The notes: a model not told the origin generated them from the sequence alone. A stretch of DNA of 64,000 bases from Candidatus Methylomirabilota bacterium (GCA_016209735.1 JACQVN010000034.1:9557-73556), one strand, 5' to 3'. Numbered from the stretch's first letter, positions 19,592-29,136 are shown. Numbers and translations: made by a program.

Positions 19592-19620
19592 TTGACCGGT
19601 CGCAGGCAGACGCGTATACT
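19592..19620 (+). promoter_or_regulatory. candidate sigma-70-type promoter TTGACC-17 nt-TATACT
   Basis: TTGACC at 19592-19597 and TATACT at 19615-19620, about 30 nt upstream of the GTG of the Cys-rich gene. Sequence match only. Confidence 0.45.
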
Positions 19621-19650
19621 GGCAGGGCCCTTGGGCGGAAAGGAGCGGTC

Positions 19651-19914
19651 GTGGCGCACGCATCGGAGAAGGTGAAGGCGGCAGAGGCCATTGATCTCTG
19701 TCCCTGCTGGCACCAGGTCTCGGCAGATTTCGCTTCCATGTACCCGGGCGGCGGCTATTGCGTCGCCGGCTGTCACCGGCGCATCAAGGTCATGGCGGCC
19801 ACGACGTTTAACGAGGTGTGCAGCTTGCGATACGGTGACTGCGAAGGGTATCAGCGCGTCCTGGCGGAGGGCGGGGCCAGGGTCGGCCGGGCGCCCCATC
19901 CCCCGCGGGGATAA
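19651..19914 (+). CDS. small Cys-rich hypothetical protein (6 Cys, includes a CVAGCH string)
   Basis: 87 aa. GTG start behind GGAAAGGAG, 9 nt upstream of the FAD-protein gene. Family not recognised. Confidence 0.5.
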   Translation: MAHASEKVKAAEAIDLCPCWHQVSADFASMYPGGGYCVAGCHRRIKVMAATTFNEVCSLRYGDCEGYQRVLAEGGARVGRAPHPPRG

Positions 19915-19923
19915 TCCAGGTCC

Positions 19924-21291
19924 ATGGCGGAGCGCTACCGCGTTGTCATTGTGGGGGCCGGTCCGGCCGGGATCTTCGCGGCACTGGAGCTGAAGCGGGC
20001 GGGTGTGCCGGGGGTGGTCATTGTCGAAAAGGGTCCCGACCTTCCGGACGGCCGGCGGCTGGGCCGCGGCCATTCTATGCTGAGCGGCTGGGGCGGCGCC
20101 GGGGCCTACAGCGACGGCAAACTTGCCCTTTCCACGGAGATCGGCGGTAGCCTGGCCCGATACTGTCCCCCAGGCCAACTGGCGGACCTCGTAGAGTACG
20201 TGGACAAGGTGTACCAGGCCTTCGGCGCTCCGGAGACCGTGCACGGGTCGAACCCCGAAGCGATGGCCCACCTGCAGCGCGAAGCGGCCCGCCTGGATAT
20301 GAAGGTCATTCCCAGCCGCTACCGCCACCTGGGGACCGACGGCTGCGAAGAGGTGGTGGGGCGATTGCGGGATGCGCTCGAGGGGGAGACGCGCATCCGC
20401 TGTCGGAGTCCGGTGAGCGCGGTCCTGCAACGGGATGGCCAAGCGGCCGGCGTCCGACTCGAAGACGGTACGGAAATCGCGGCGGAGTGGGTGATCCTGG
20501 CACCCGGCCGCGAAGGATCGGCCTGGCTGGCGCGGGAAGCCGCCCGCCTGGGGCTCCACAGCAGCATCAATCCGGTGGACATCGGGGTTCGCGTGGAGGT
20601 GCCCGCTTCGGTGATGGAGCCCATCACCAGCGTCACCTATGAGGCCAAGATCATCTACTACACCCGGCGCTTCGAGGACATGGTCCGCACCTTCTGCATG
20701 TGCCCGTACGGAGAGGTCATCCGGGAGGATCTGGGGGGTCTGTACACGGTCAACGGCCACAGCTTCGCCCATCGCCAGACGGCCAACACGAATTTCGCGC
20801 TGCTGGTCAGCTAGACCTTCACCGAGCCGTTCCGGGAGCCGATTGCCTATGGCCAGTCCATCGCGCGACTCGCCAACATGCTGGGAGGCGAGGTCCTCGT
20901 GCAGCGGGTGGGAGACCTGCGGCACGGGCGGCGGTCGACCCCGGGGCGCCTGGCCCGTGGCCTCCTCGAGCCGACTCTGAAGACCGCCACGCCGGGGGAT
21001 CTGAGCCTGGTGCTTCCCTACCGCCACCTGGCGGACATCCTGGAGATGCTGGAGACACTGGACCGGCTGGCACCCGGGGTGAACTCGGCGCACACCTTGC
21101 TTTATGGAGCGGAAGTGAAGTTCTACTCGCTCCAGTTGCGACTGAGCGCGGCCCTGGAGACGGAAATCCCGCATCTCTTCGCGGTGGGGGACGGGGCGGG
21201 GGTGAGTCGAGGACTGGTGCAGGCCTCGGTATCGGGCGTCATCGCTGCGCGAGAGATCGCCGGGCGGCTAGAAGCGGGGGAGGGTGGATAG
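19924..21291 (+). pseudogene. FAD-dependent oxidoreductase (COG2509-like) interrupted by one in-frame TAG at 20812-20814
   Basis: Track ORFs 19924-20814 and 20878-21291 are in the same frame. Reading through gives ...NFALLVS-[TAG]-TFTEPFREPIAYGQSIARLANMLGGEV.... The N-terminus has the dinucleotide fold VVIVGAGPAGIFAA, and the C-terminus has FAVGDGAGVSRG. Confidence 0.7.
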
Positions 21292-21729
21292 GGGATCCCC
21301 GGGAGGGGTTTCCGGACGAGGGGCGGCGGAGAGGAAGCGCTCCGCCTTGCGGAGGAGCTGCCGGGCGCTCGGGTACGTCAGACGGTTCAGGGCCTCGGGG
21401 TAGCCGAGCCAGGCGTAGTCATGATGCTCCTCGGAAAGGGCCACCGCCCGGGTGAGGCTCTCCCCCAGGTAGTAGACGACGCGTTTCCATACTGCCGTGC
21501 CGGCCTTTCGATAGGTGTAGCGGATGCGCTCCTCGAAACCGGGGAGCAGGCGGATCCCGGCGATGCCCGTTTCCTCCTGGAGTTCCCGGAGCGCGGCATT
21601 CCGAGACGTCTCTCCCGCCTTCAGGTGTCCCTTGGGGTAATCCCAGTGGGAGCCGTAGTCCAGCACGAGGTATTCGCGCGCCGATCCACGGTAGAACAGA
21701 ATGACCCCGGCCGAGACTTCCTGGCGCAT
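21268..21729 (-). CDS. Nudix hydrolase (Ap4A-hydrolase-like)
   Basis: 153 aa. Nudix box GHLKAGETSRNAALRELQEETGI. Confidence 0.88.
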   Translation of the reverse strand: MRQEVSAGVILFYRGSAREYLVLDYGSHWDYPKGHLKAGETSRNAALRELQEETGIAGIRLLPGFEERIRYTYRKAGTAVWKRVVYYLGESLTRAVALSEEHHDYAWLGYPEALNRLTYPSARQLLRKAERFLSAAPRPETPPGDPLSTLPRF

Positions 21730-21876
21730 GCCTTCCTCCGAGGCTGTTATACCGCAGACGGGAGGCGAACGCCAGCCCGTCTCTCCGGGGGGCCTTCGGG
21801 CCGCCGATCCTCACGGCCGATCGCCAGACGAGAGGCGTGGGGCCGGGAGGTCTGGGGAGACCCGGGAGCGCCACAC

Positions 21877-22341
21877 ATGACCGATCATCGAAGACTCCCG
21901 TGCCGGACGGAGTTCACCTTCTGGCGGCCCGTCGGCGTTCGTTGGGGGGACATGGACGCCCTGGGCCATGTGAACAACACGCTGTACCTCCAGTACCTGG
22001 AGTCGGCGCGGATCGGTTACTTCGAGGCGATCGGCTGGGGAATGGACCGGTTCTCGGCGGAAGGTCGGGGCCCGGTCGTGGCGTCCCAGACCTTTCATTA
22101 CCGGCGGCAGGTCGCGTACCCGGCGGCGCTGGAGGTCGGTGTGGTCTGCGGGGAGATCCGGCAGCGCAGCTTCAACCTGGAGTACGGCGTGTTTCACGCG
22201 GGGACCGAGGATCTGGTCGGCAATGGGAGCACCGTGATTGCCTGGATGGATCTGGCCGCGGGCCGCGCCGTCGAGCTGCCGGAGGAGATCCGGCGCTGCC
22301 TGGAGAGGTCGAGGGGCGCCCCTCCGGCTCCTTCCCCCTGA
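21877..22341 (+). CDS. acyl-CoA thioesterase, 4HBT/YbgC family
   Basis: Internal ATG 21877 of track ORF 21421-22341 (MTDHRRLPCRTEFTFWRPVGVRWGDMDALGHVNN...). Confidence 0.8.
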   Translation: MTDHRRLPCRTEFTFWRPVGVRWGDMDALGHVNNTLYLQYLESARIGYFEAIGWGMDRFSAEGRGPVVASQTFHYRRQVAYPAALEVGVVCGEIRQRSFNLEYGVFHAGTEDLVGNGSTVIAWMDLAAGRAVELPEEIRRCLERSRGAPPAPSP

Positions 22342-22352
22342 CCCGTGGGGAC

Positions 22353-23252
22353 TCAGGCAAAGGGAGCCGGATGCTCCAGCAGCCGGTGGTACGCCTCGAG
22401 GTACTTGGCCCGGGTCTTGGACACGATCTCGGCGGGGAGGGGCGGGGGGGGAGGCTTCTGAGACCATCGGATGGCCAGCAGGTAGTCTCGGAGGAACTGC
22501 TTGTCGAAGGAGGGCTGGGGTCCGCCGGGTCTGTAGGCCTGCTGCGGCCAGAAGCGGGACGAGTCGGGGGTGAGGACTTCGTCCACGAGGAGGAGTGTGT
22601 CCCCCGCCAGACCGAACTCGAATTTGGTGTCGGCCAGGATGATCCCGCGAGCTTCGGCAATGTCGCGGGCGCGGCAGTAGACGGCCAGGCTCGCGGCCCG
22701 CAATCGTTCGGCCAGTTCGACCCCCAGGCGGCTTGCCATCTGCTGGAAAGAAACATTCACGTCGTGCGTGCCGACGGCCTCCTTGGTGGCCGGGGTGAAG
22801 ATGGGCTCCGGCAGGCGATCCGACTCGACGAGGCCGGCCGGGAGGCGAATGCCGCACACCTGGCCGGATTCCCGGTACTCCTTCCAGCCCGAGCCGCTCA
22901 GGTAGCCCCGGACGACGCACTCGAAGGGAACCACGGCGGCTTTTCGAACCAGCATGGCCCGGTCGCGGAGGATGTCGGCATACGGCCGGCAGGCGGCAGG
23001 GAACTCCTCGACCTCGGCGCTCTTCAGATGGTGCGGCGCCAAGTCGCCGATCTGGCTGAACCAGAACGCGGAGATCTGCGTGAGGATCTTGCCCTTGTCG
23101 GGGATGGGGTCGCGCATCACCACGTCGAAGGCGGAGATCCGATCGGAGGCGACAATGAGGAGGGCGTCCCCCAGATCGTAGATGTCGCGAACCTTGCCGC
23201 GCGCCTTGAGCGTCAGGTCGGGGAAGTGGGTTTCAAAGAGCGCCGTGGACAT
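22353..23252 (-). CDS. purC: phosphoribosylaminoimidazole-succinocarboxamide (SAICAR) synthase
   Basis: 299 aa. [25 protein letters not shown] and the rest of the protein are PurC-like. Confidence 0.95.
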   Translation of the reverse strand: MSTALFETHFPDLTLKARGKVRDIYDLGDALLIVASDRISAFDVVMRDPIPDKGKILTQISAFWFSQIGDLAPHHLKSAEVEEFPAACRPYADILRDRAMLVRKAAVVPFECVVRGYLSGSGWKEYRESGQVCGIRLPAGLVESDRLPEPIFTPATKEAVGTHDVNVSFQQMASRLGVELAERLRAASLAVYCRARDIAEARGIILADTKFEFGLAGDTLLLVDEVLTPDSSRFWPQQAYRPGGPQPSFDKQFLRDYLLAIRWSQKPPPPPLPAEIVSKTRAKYLEAYHRLLEHPAPFA

Positions 23253-23380
23253 GGCAGCCCTCCTCTAAAAGGTTGGTCCCGAGCCAAGCGGCGCATTTTA
23301 CCACAGGGAGAAGGCCTGCGGCAGCCGAATCGGAGCCCTGGCTCTTGGTTCGGCGGCCGGGATGACGGTATGATACAGCC

Positions 23381-25450
23381 ATGATGTGCCCCAGAAGGTT
23401 CGGTCTCGGTCGTCTCGTCGGGCTGGGGATGCTGCTCCTGATCGCGTACCCGCCCCCCTGCGGGGGGGCGCTGGCCGATCCCGACAAGGATCTGCCGTCC
23501 CTGGATCGCCTGGAGATCTTCCAGCCCGGGGAGCCGAGTCTCCTCTACTCGCAGAAGGGGGAGCCGTTCGCCTCGCTGGCCCCGGAGTACCGTATCTTCG
23601 TCCCCCTGGACCGGATTCCGAGGTCCGTCCGGGAAGCCATGCTCGACGCCGAGGACGCGCAGTTCTACCAGCACGGCGGGATCAGCCTGAAGGGCATGGC
23701 CCGCGCGGCCATCCGCAACCTCACCTCGGCTCGGGTGAAGGAGGGGGGCAGCACCATCACCCAGCAGCTTGCCAAGAGCCTCTTCCTCTCCCCGGACCGC
23801 ACCTTCAGCCGCAAGGTCAAGGAGTTTACGCTCGCGCGGGAGATCGAGAAGCATTTCAGCAAGGACAAGATCCTGGAGATGTATCTCAACGCCATCTACT
23901 TTGGGAGCGGGGCCTACGGCATCGAGGCCGCCGCGCGCACCTACTTCAGCAAGTCGGTGGGGCAGCTCAGCGTGGCGGAGGCCGCCCTCCTGGCGGGGCT
24001 GGTCAAGGCCCCCACGACCTCCTCGCCGCTGGTGGACATGAAGAAGGCGAGAGCCCGGCGGGATTACGTCCTGGGCCGGATGCGGACCGAGGGGCATCTT
24101 GGCGAGGCGCAAGCCAAGGCGGCCAAACAGCAGCCGGTGGCCCTCAAGCCGCTCTTCAGGGCCCGGGGAGTGGCGCCGCACTTCGTGGATTATCTGCGAA
24201 GCGAGCTGGAGGCCCGCTACGGCCGCGTGCTGACGGCCAAGGGCGGACTGCGCATCTATACGACCCTGGACCTGGAGATCCAGCGGCAGGCCACCGAAGC
24301 GCTGCGGACCGGCGTGAAGGCCATCGAGAACACCCTGGCGGGGAAGCGGAAGATCCCGGCCGGGGAGCCGCGATGGCTGGAGGCGGCGCTGGTGGCCCTG
24401 GATCCGACGACGGGGGAGATCCGGGCCATGGTGGGCGGCCTGGACTACGGTCACAGCCAGTTCAACCGCGCCGTGCAGGCCAAGCGGCAGCCCGGCTCGG
24501 CCTTCAAGCCGTTCGTGTACGCCGCCGCCTTCGAGCGGGGCTACGCCCCGACCCGGCTGATCGGGGACTACCCGGTGAGCTACACCATCCCCCGGAACGG
24601 CCGCCTGGTGGAGTGGCGCCCCGAGAACTACGATCGGCAGTTCCGCGGTTCCGTGACACTCCGGCGGGCCCTGGAGGACTCCATCAACGTTCCGGCCGTG
24701 CGACTGCTGGAGGCCGTGGGGGTGGATGCGGTCATCGACCTCGCCCGCCGGGCGGGCATTCGCTCGGAGCTGCGCCGCGAGTACGCCTTGGCCCTGGGGG
24801 TCTCGGAGGTGTCGCTCCTGGAGTTGGCCGCCGCGTACACCATGTTCGCCAATCGGGGCATGGCGCAGAGGCCCGTCGGCATCCGGCAGGTCGTCGCTTC
24901 TCACGGGGAGATCCTGGAATCGGCAGGGCATACCGGTGAGCCGGTCCTGCGGGAAGAGGTCGCCTTCATTCTGCAGAGCGTTCTGAGGGGAGTGGTCGAG
25001 CGGGGGACGGCACGACGCGCGCGCCTGCCCGGCTGGGACGTGGCGGCCAAGACCGGGACGAGCCAGGAGTCCACCGATCTCTGGCTCGTCGGTTTCACCC
25101 CCCGGCTCTTGACCGGCCTCTGGATTGGGGCCGACCAGCCCCGCCCGTTGGGCTCTCACGAGAGCGCCGGGCGCCTGGCCGCGCCCATCTGGGCCGATTT
25201 CATGCGCCGAGCCCTCCGGGAGGAGAGTCCGGTCACCCTCCCGATACCCGAGGGAGTCCTGCCGATCCGCGTCGACTATCGGACGGGCGACCTGGCCGCG
25301 CCCGACGATCCCGGGGGGATCCTGGAGTACGTCCTTCGCGGGGAGTCACTTCCGGACGAACCCGCCAGGGGCCTTTCCGCGCCCGGGCCGACGGGCCCGC
25401 CCTCCGTACAGCCTTCCCTGCCGCTGCCGGCGGGCGCGGGGGAGCGGTGA
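23381..25450 (+). CDS. class A penicillin-binding protein (glycosyltransferase + transpeptidase)
   Basis: 689 aa. Signal/TM N-terminus, GT51 motif EDAQFYQHGG, and transpeptidase motifs SAFKPFVY, SIN, KTGT. Confidence 0.93.
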   Translation: MMCPRRFGLGRLVGLGMLLLIAYPPPCGGALADPDKDLPSLDRLEIFQPGEPSLLYSQKGEPFASLAPEYRIFVPLDRIPRSVREAMLDAEDAQFYQHGGISLKGMARAAIRNLTSARVKEGGSTITQQLAKSLFLSPDRTFSRKVKEFTLAREIEKHFSKDKILEMYLNAIYFGSGAYGIEAAARTYFSKSVGQLSVAEAALLAGLVKAPTTSSPLVDMKKARARRDYVLGRMRTEGHLGEAQAKAAKQQPVALKPLFRARGVAPHFVDYLRSELEARYGRVLTAKGGLRIYTTLDLEIQRQATEALRTGVKAIENTLAGKRKIPAGEPRWLEAALVALDPTTGEIRAMVGGLDYGHSQFNRAVQAKRQPGSAFKPFVYAAAFERGYAPTRLIGDYPVSYTIPRNGRLVEWRPENYDRQFRGSVTLRRALEDSINVPAVRLLEAVGVDAVIDLARRAGIRSELRREYALALGVSEVSLLELAAAYTMFANRGMAQRPVGIRQVVASHGEILESAGHTGEPVLREEVAFILQSVLRGVVERGTARRARLPGWDVAAKTGTSQESTDLWLVGFTPRLLTGLWIGADQPRPLGSHESAGRLAAPIWADFMRRALREESPVTLPIPEGVLPIRVDYRTGDLAAPDDPGGILEYVLRGESLPDEPARGLSAPGPTGPPSVQPSLPLPAGAGER

Positions 25451-25498
25451 CCAGCTTGCGCCCGAATTCGGCCGGGAAATGCCGACGCCAGGCGCGCG

Positions 25499-25545
25499 AA
25501 ATCTCCCCTTGCCCCCCTTTGGCAAAGGGGGGGACGGGGGGATTT
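25499..25545. repeat. family-C G/C-tract palindrome
   Basis: AAATCTCCCCTTGCCCCCCTTTGGCAAAGGGGGGGACGGGGGGATTT, read directly. Confidence 0.8.
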
Positions 25546-25687
25546 GGTCGGACGCTCGTGCCATTGTCCGATGTCGTGTGAACGGTGTTGCGGCGAAGCG
25601 CAAACCTGAGGTCGCCCGCCGCCTGGGCGGTTCAGCTTTGGAGTCAGAAATTCCCGGGAGCAGGAGGAGCTTTCCGGCCGTTTGTCG

Positions 25688-25775
25688 TCACTCCAAGAGG
25701 CGGTGCGCCTCGGCGGCGTCGGCCAGCGGCAGCCGGCGGTCGATGCGGAGGCGCAGGCGACCGGATCCGACCCAT
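25688..25775 (-). pseudogene. possible remnant of the C-terminus of an MDR-family (quinone oxidoreductase / Zn-ADH-like) gene
   Basis: The minus-strand frame reads ...EWVGSGRLRLRIDRRLPLADAAEAHRLLE then stop (TCA at 25688-25690). This resembles the ...G.L.P.ID..FPL..AAEAH..LE tail of that family. There is no upstream coding body and the last ~12 residues are missing. Confidence 0.3.
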
Positions 25776-25844
25776 TCGCGGGGTGGATTTTGGCTTGCGT
25801 CTCGGCCGTTGCCGACCTAAGAATCCAAGAGAGGCGCCATGGCC

Positions 25845-25942
25845 CCGGTTGCTGGGATGGTCGTTGATGACTCCCGGCGAATCCCACAGGGGCTCCCTGA
25901 TGCCTTTCAGTTTTGGTTTTTGCGCCTAGCGCAAAAACCAGG
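25845..25942 (+). repeat. type-A element, 3' fragment only
   Basis: CTGGGATGGTCGTTGATGACTCCCGGCGAATCCCACAGGGGCTCCCTGATGCCTTTCAGTTTTGGTTTTTGCGC-CTA-GCGCAAAAACCAGG aligns with the last ~95 nt of the full copies. Confidence 0.8.
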
Positions 25943-25951
25943 GGATGAGCA

Positions 25952-27823
25952 ATGGGTTGTTGGGCGATGCGCCGTCGGCCGCACAGGTTGGACGCGATCC
26001 GCGCCCTCTGTCTCTGCGTCATCGCCGGACTGACCGCGTGCGCCCCGCTCGCCGAACAGCGGGGCGAGGCCGGCCTCGACGCGACGTGGCTCCTCAACGA
26101 GGTCAAGGGGCTGACGGCGCCCGAGATGGCCGGGCGGGCCGCGGGGACTCCGGGGGCGGATCGGGCGGCGCGCCACATCGCCCGGCGCTTCCGCGAGGCC
26201 GGCCTTCAGCCGGGAGGCGAGGACGGCTACTTCCAGTGGTTCGAGGTCGTCACGGGAGTGCGCCTCGGCGAGCCGAACCGGCTTCGCCTCCGCCGCGGCG
26301 AAGAGCGCGTGGAGCACGCGGTGGGCCACGCGTTCGTGCCATTCCGCTTCTCCGCCTCCGGCCGCGCGGAGGGGGAGGTGGTCTTCGCCGGCTACGGCAT
26401 CACGGCTCCCGACCTCGACTACGACGATTACGCCCGGCTCGACGTGGCGAGAAAGATCGTCCTCGTCCTGACGCACGCGCCCCGGGAGCGGGACGAATCG
26501 AGCCCGTTCCGGAAGCCGGAGGCGTTTCACTATACGGAGCTGCGCCACAAGGTGATCAACGCCCGCGAGCACGGCGCCAGGGCCATCATCGTCGTGACCC
26601 ACGAGCCGAACCATCGCGACGAACCCGAGCGCCTCACGCCGCTGTCCGGGAGCGGAACGGCGGAGTGGGGCCTCGTGGCGGTCCACGCGTCGCGGCGGGT
26701 CGCGGCGGCGCTGTTCGCTGGGAGCGGCACGACCCCGGCGGAGCTGCAGCAGGAGATCGACGCGCGGCTCGAGCCGCGGTCGCGGGCTCTGCCGGGGGCC
26801 ACGGCCGAGCTGGAGGTGAGCTTGGTGGCGGAGCGCGGGCGCACCGCGAACGTCATCGGGATCCTTCCCGGGCGTGATCCGCGCTTGCGAGAGGAGGCCG
26901 TCGTCCTCGGCGCCCATTACGATCATCTGGGGATCGGGAACGAGTCCTCCCTGGCGCCGGATCGGATCGGGGAGATCCATGCCGGTGCGGACGACAACGC
27001 CTCGGGCTCCGCCGCGGTGTTGGCGCTGGCGCGCGGCTTCGCCGGGGCGGGCGGCGCGCGACGGACCCTGGTCTTCGCCGCCTTCGGCGCCGAGGAGCTG
27101 GGGCTGCTGGGCTCGACCCGGTACGTGAAGTCCCCCCCGATCCCGCTGGATCGCACCCTGGCCATGCTGAACTTCGACGGGGTGGGGCGAATGCGGGGCA
27201 ACCGGCTCCACATCATGGGCGTGGACACGGCGCGCGAGTTCCGTCCGCTCGTCGCCGCCATCGGGGCCGACCTGGGGCTGGAGTTACGCCTGTCGGGCAA
27301 TGCGATCGGGCCATCCGACCAGACGCCGTTCTTCGCGCGGGACCGACCGGTCCTGTTCTTCTTCACCGGGCCGCACGGGAATTACCATCGGCCCTCCGAC
27401 ACATGGGAGAAGATCAACGCCGAGGGGTTGCGCCTGGTGGCGGTGGCCGCCTACCGGATCGCCGGGCGGCTGGCCGATCAGGAAACCCGGCTCACCTTCG
27501 TCAGGGCCGACGGGGGCCGCGCCGGTTCCGCGCGGGAGCGCGCCCGCGGCGGATACGGAGCCTATTTCGGCTCGGTGCCCGACTTTTCCGAGTCGTCGGT
27601 GGCGGGCGCGCGGCTGGGCGCCGTGACGCCGGGGAGCCCCGCGGAGAAGGCCGGGCTCAAGGCCGGGGACGTCATCGTCAAGTTCGCGGGAATGGTCGTC
27701 CGGAATCTGGAGGACTTCGCCTTCGCCCTCCGGAGCCGGCGGGCGGGTGAGGTGGTGGAGGTCATGTATCTCCGCGACGGCGCCGCGCACGGCGCGCGGG
27801 CCACGCTCGAAGAGCGGAGGTGA
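25952..27823 (+). CDS. M28-family aminopeptidase lipoprotein with C-terminal PDZ domain
   Basis: 623 aa. Lipobox-like LTAC, PA-domain region, M28 motifs HYDHLG, GADDNASG, EELGLLGS, and a PDZ-like C-terminus (GSPAEKAGLKAGDVIV). Confidence 0.88.
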   Translation: MGCWAMRRRPHRLDAIRALCLCVIAGLTACAPLAEQRGEAGLDATWLLNEVKGLTAPEMAGRAAGTPGADRAARHIARRFREAGLQPGGEDGYFQWFEVVTGVRLGEPNRLRLRRGEERVEHAVGHAFVPFRFSASGRAEGEVVFAGYGITAPDLDYDDYARLDVARKIVLVLTHAPRERDESSPFRKPEAFHYTELRHKVINAREHGARAIIVVTHEPNHRDEPERLTPLSGSGTAEWGLVAVHASRRVAAALFAGSGTTPAELQQEIDARLEPRSRALPGATAELEVSLVAERGRTANVIGILPGRDPRLREEAVVLGAHYDHLGIGNESSLAPDRIGEIHAGADDNASGSAAVLALARGFAGAGGARRTLVFAAFGAEELGLLGSTRYVKSPPIPLDRTLAMLNFDGVGRMRGNRLHIMGVDTAREFRPLVAAIGADLGLELRLSGNAIGPSDQTPFFARDRPVLFFFTGPHGNYHRPSDTWEKINAEGLRLVAVAAYRIAGRLADQETRLTFVRADGGRAGSARERARGGYGAYFGSVPDFSESSVAGARLGAVTPGSPAEKAGLKAGDVIVKFAGMVVRNLEDFAFALRSRRAGEVVEVMYLRDGAAHGARATLEERR

Positions 27824-27827
27824 GACC

Positions 27828-28913
27828 ATGCTGCGCTGGACGCTGGATCGACGGGCCATTCTCAGGCTGGGATTGACCGGCGCGGGGTGGGCGCTCTGGG
27901 AGCGGATCGGCGCCGCGCGCCTCGCGCACGCTCAGACGCCGCTCCGGGATCCGCGCGAGCGGCACCTGGGGGCCATCCGCCAGCTCACGTTCGGCGGCCT
28001 CAACGCGGAGGCGTACTTCGATCCCACGGGGACGCGCCTCGTCTTCCAGTCCACCCGCCCGCCGTTCGGCTGCGACCAGATCTTCACCATGAACACGGAC
28101 GGCGGCCAGGTGCGGCTGGTCTCGACAGGACGGGGCCGGACCACCTGCGCCTACTTCTACCCCGACCAGCCGCGCATCCTGTACTCCACAACCCAGTTCG
28201 AGGATGCCGCGTGCCCGCCGGCGCCGGATCGGAGCCGCGGGTACGTGTGGCCCGCCTACCCGAGTTACGACATCGTCAGCGCAGATCTCGATGGGCGCAA
28301 CCTTCGCCGCCTCACCCAGTCTCCCGGCTACGACGCGGAGGCCGCCATTTCCGCCGACGGGCGGAGCATCGTCTTCTGCTCGGCACGAGACGGAGACCTC
28401 GATCTTTTTCTGATGGATGCCGGCGGCGGGAACGTCAGGCGCCTGACCGATCGCCCGGGCTACGACGGCGGCCCCTTTTTCTCCTGGGATGGGCGCTCCA
28501 TCGTCTACCGGTCCTACTATCCCGAGACCACGGAGGCCCGGGAAGCATACCGGGCGGACCTGGCGCGCCACCAGGTCCGCCCCGCCGTGATGGATCTCTA
28601 CGTCATGGCCGCCGCCGACGGTGGCGAGCAGCGACGCGTCCTCGGCAACGGCGCCGCCAACTTCGCTCCGTTCATGCTTCCCGACTCCACGCGGATCATC
28701 TTCTCCTCGAATCTCCATGACCCGACCCGCCGCAGCTTCGCGCTGTACCTGGTCCACCTGGACGGGACGGGCCTCGAGCGAGTCACCTACGCGGAGGAAT
28801 TCGCCAGCTTCCCCATGATCAGCAAGGACGGCACGAAGCTGGTCTTCTGCTCCACGCGGAATGCCTCTGGCCCCCGGGAGATCAACGTCTTCATCGCCGA
28901 CTGGATTCCCTAG
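27828..28913 (+). CDS. periplasmic beta-propeller protein with TolB/PD40-like repeats, Tat-type signal
   Basis: Internal ATG 27828 (MLRWTLDRRAILRLGLTGAG...). Repeated Y..P.FS.DG..IVF motifs. Confidence 0.8.
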   Translation: MLRWTLDRRAILRLGLTGAGWALWERIGAARLAHAQTPLRDPRERHLGAIRQLTFGGLNAEAYFDPTGTRLVFQSTRPPFGCDQIFTMNTDGGQVRLVSTGRGRTTCAYFYPDQPRILYSTTQFEDAACPPAPDRSRGYVWPAYPSYDIVSADLDGRNLRRLTQSPGYDAEAAISADGRSIVFCSARDGDLDLFLMDAGGGNVRRLTDRPGYDGGPFFSWDGRSIVYRSYYPETTEAREAYRADLARHQVRPAVMDLYVMAAADGGEQRRVLGNGAANFAPFMLPDSTRIIFSSNLHDPTRRSFALYLVHLDGTGLERVTYAEEFASFPMISKDGTKLVFCSTRNASGPREINVFIADWIP

Positions 28914-28954
28914 CCCGCGTTATTCGCGAAAACTGCCCGCGAATAACGCGGGCT
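28912..28954. repeat. solo type-B terminal hairpin AGCCCGCGTTATTCGCGAA-AACTGCC-CGCGAATAACGCGGGCT
   Basis: Read directly. Its first two bases are the AG of the TolB-like gene's TAG stop codon (28911-28913). Confidence 0.85.
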
Positions 28955-29136
28955 TAGCAGGAACCCTTGTGGTCACGCCGCAGGTGGAATTGACCAGCGA
29001 TCAGGGTAGCGGCGGGGTTTACCCCCGCCCGCGAGGCGATGAATCGGCAGTGCGCATGGCGCATGGCGCATGGCGCGGATTACCCCCGCGCGCAAGGCGG
29101 TGACCTGCAACTCGGCGGGAGGGGATAGACCCCTCC

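Noticed and set aside
19696-19770. c-type cytochrome call for the small Cys-rich protein, because of the CVAGCH (CXXCH) string.
   Set aside because: No signal peptide or membrane anchor is present, so covalent haem attachment in the periplasm is unlikely. The motif is probably part of a metal/Fe-S Cys cluster or a coincidence.
20812-20814. Pyrrolysine or genome-wide TAG reassignment as the explanation for the in-frame TAG.
   Set aside because: TAG terminates several well-supported neighbouring genes at the expected protein ends (macB-like 14418-14420, gpsA 16768-16770, TolB-like 28911-28913, adenylyltransferase 45875-45877). No pyl genes are visible. A nonsense mutation, sequencing error or local read-through is more likely.
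29052-29075. (GCGCATG)x3 heptamer run and other very short tandem motifs in the repeat islands as separate functional elements.
   Set aside because: They are too short and isolated to distinguish from incidental slippage within a repeat-rich spacer. I note them only here.
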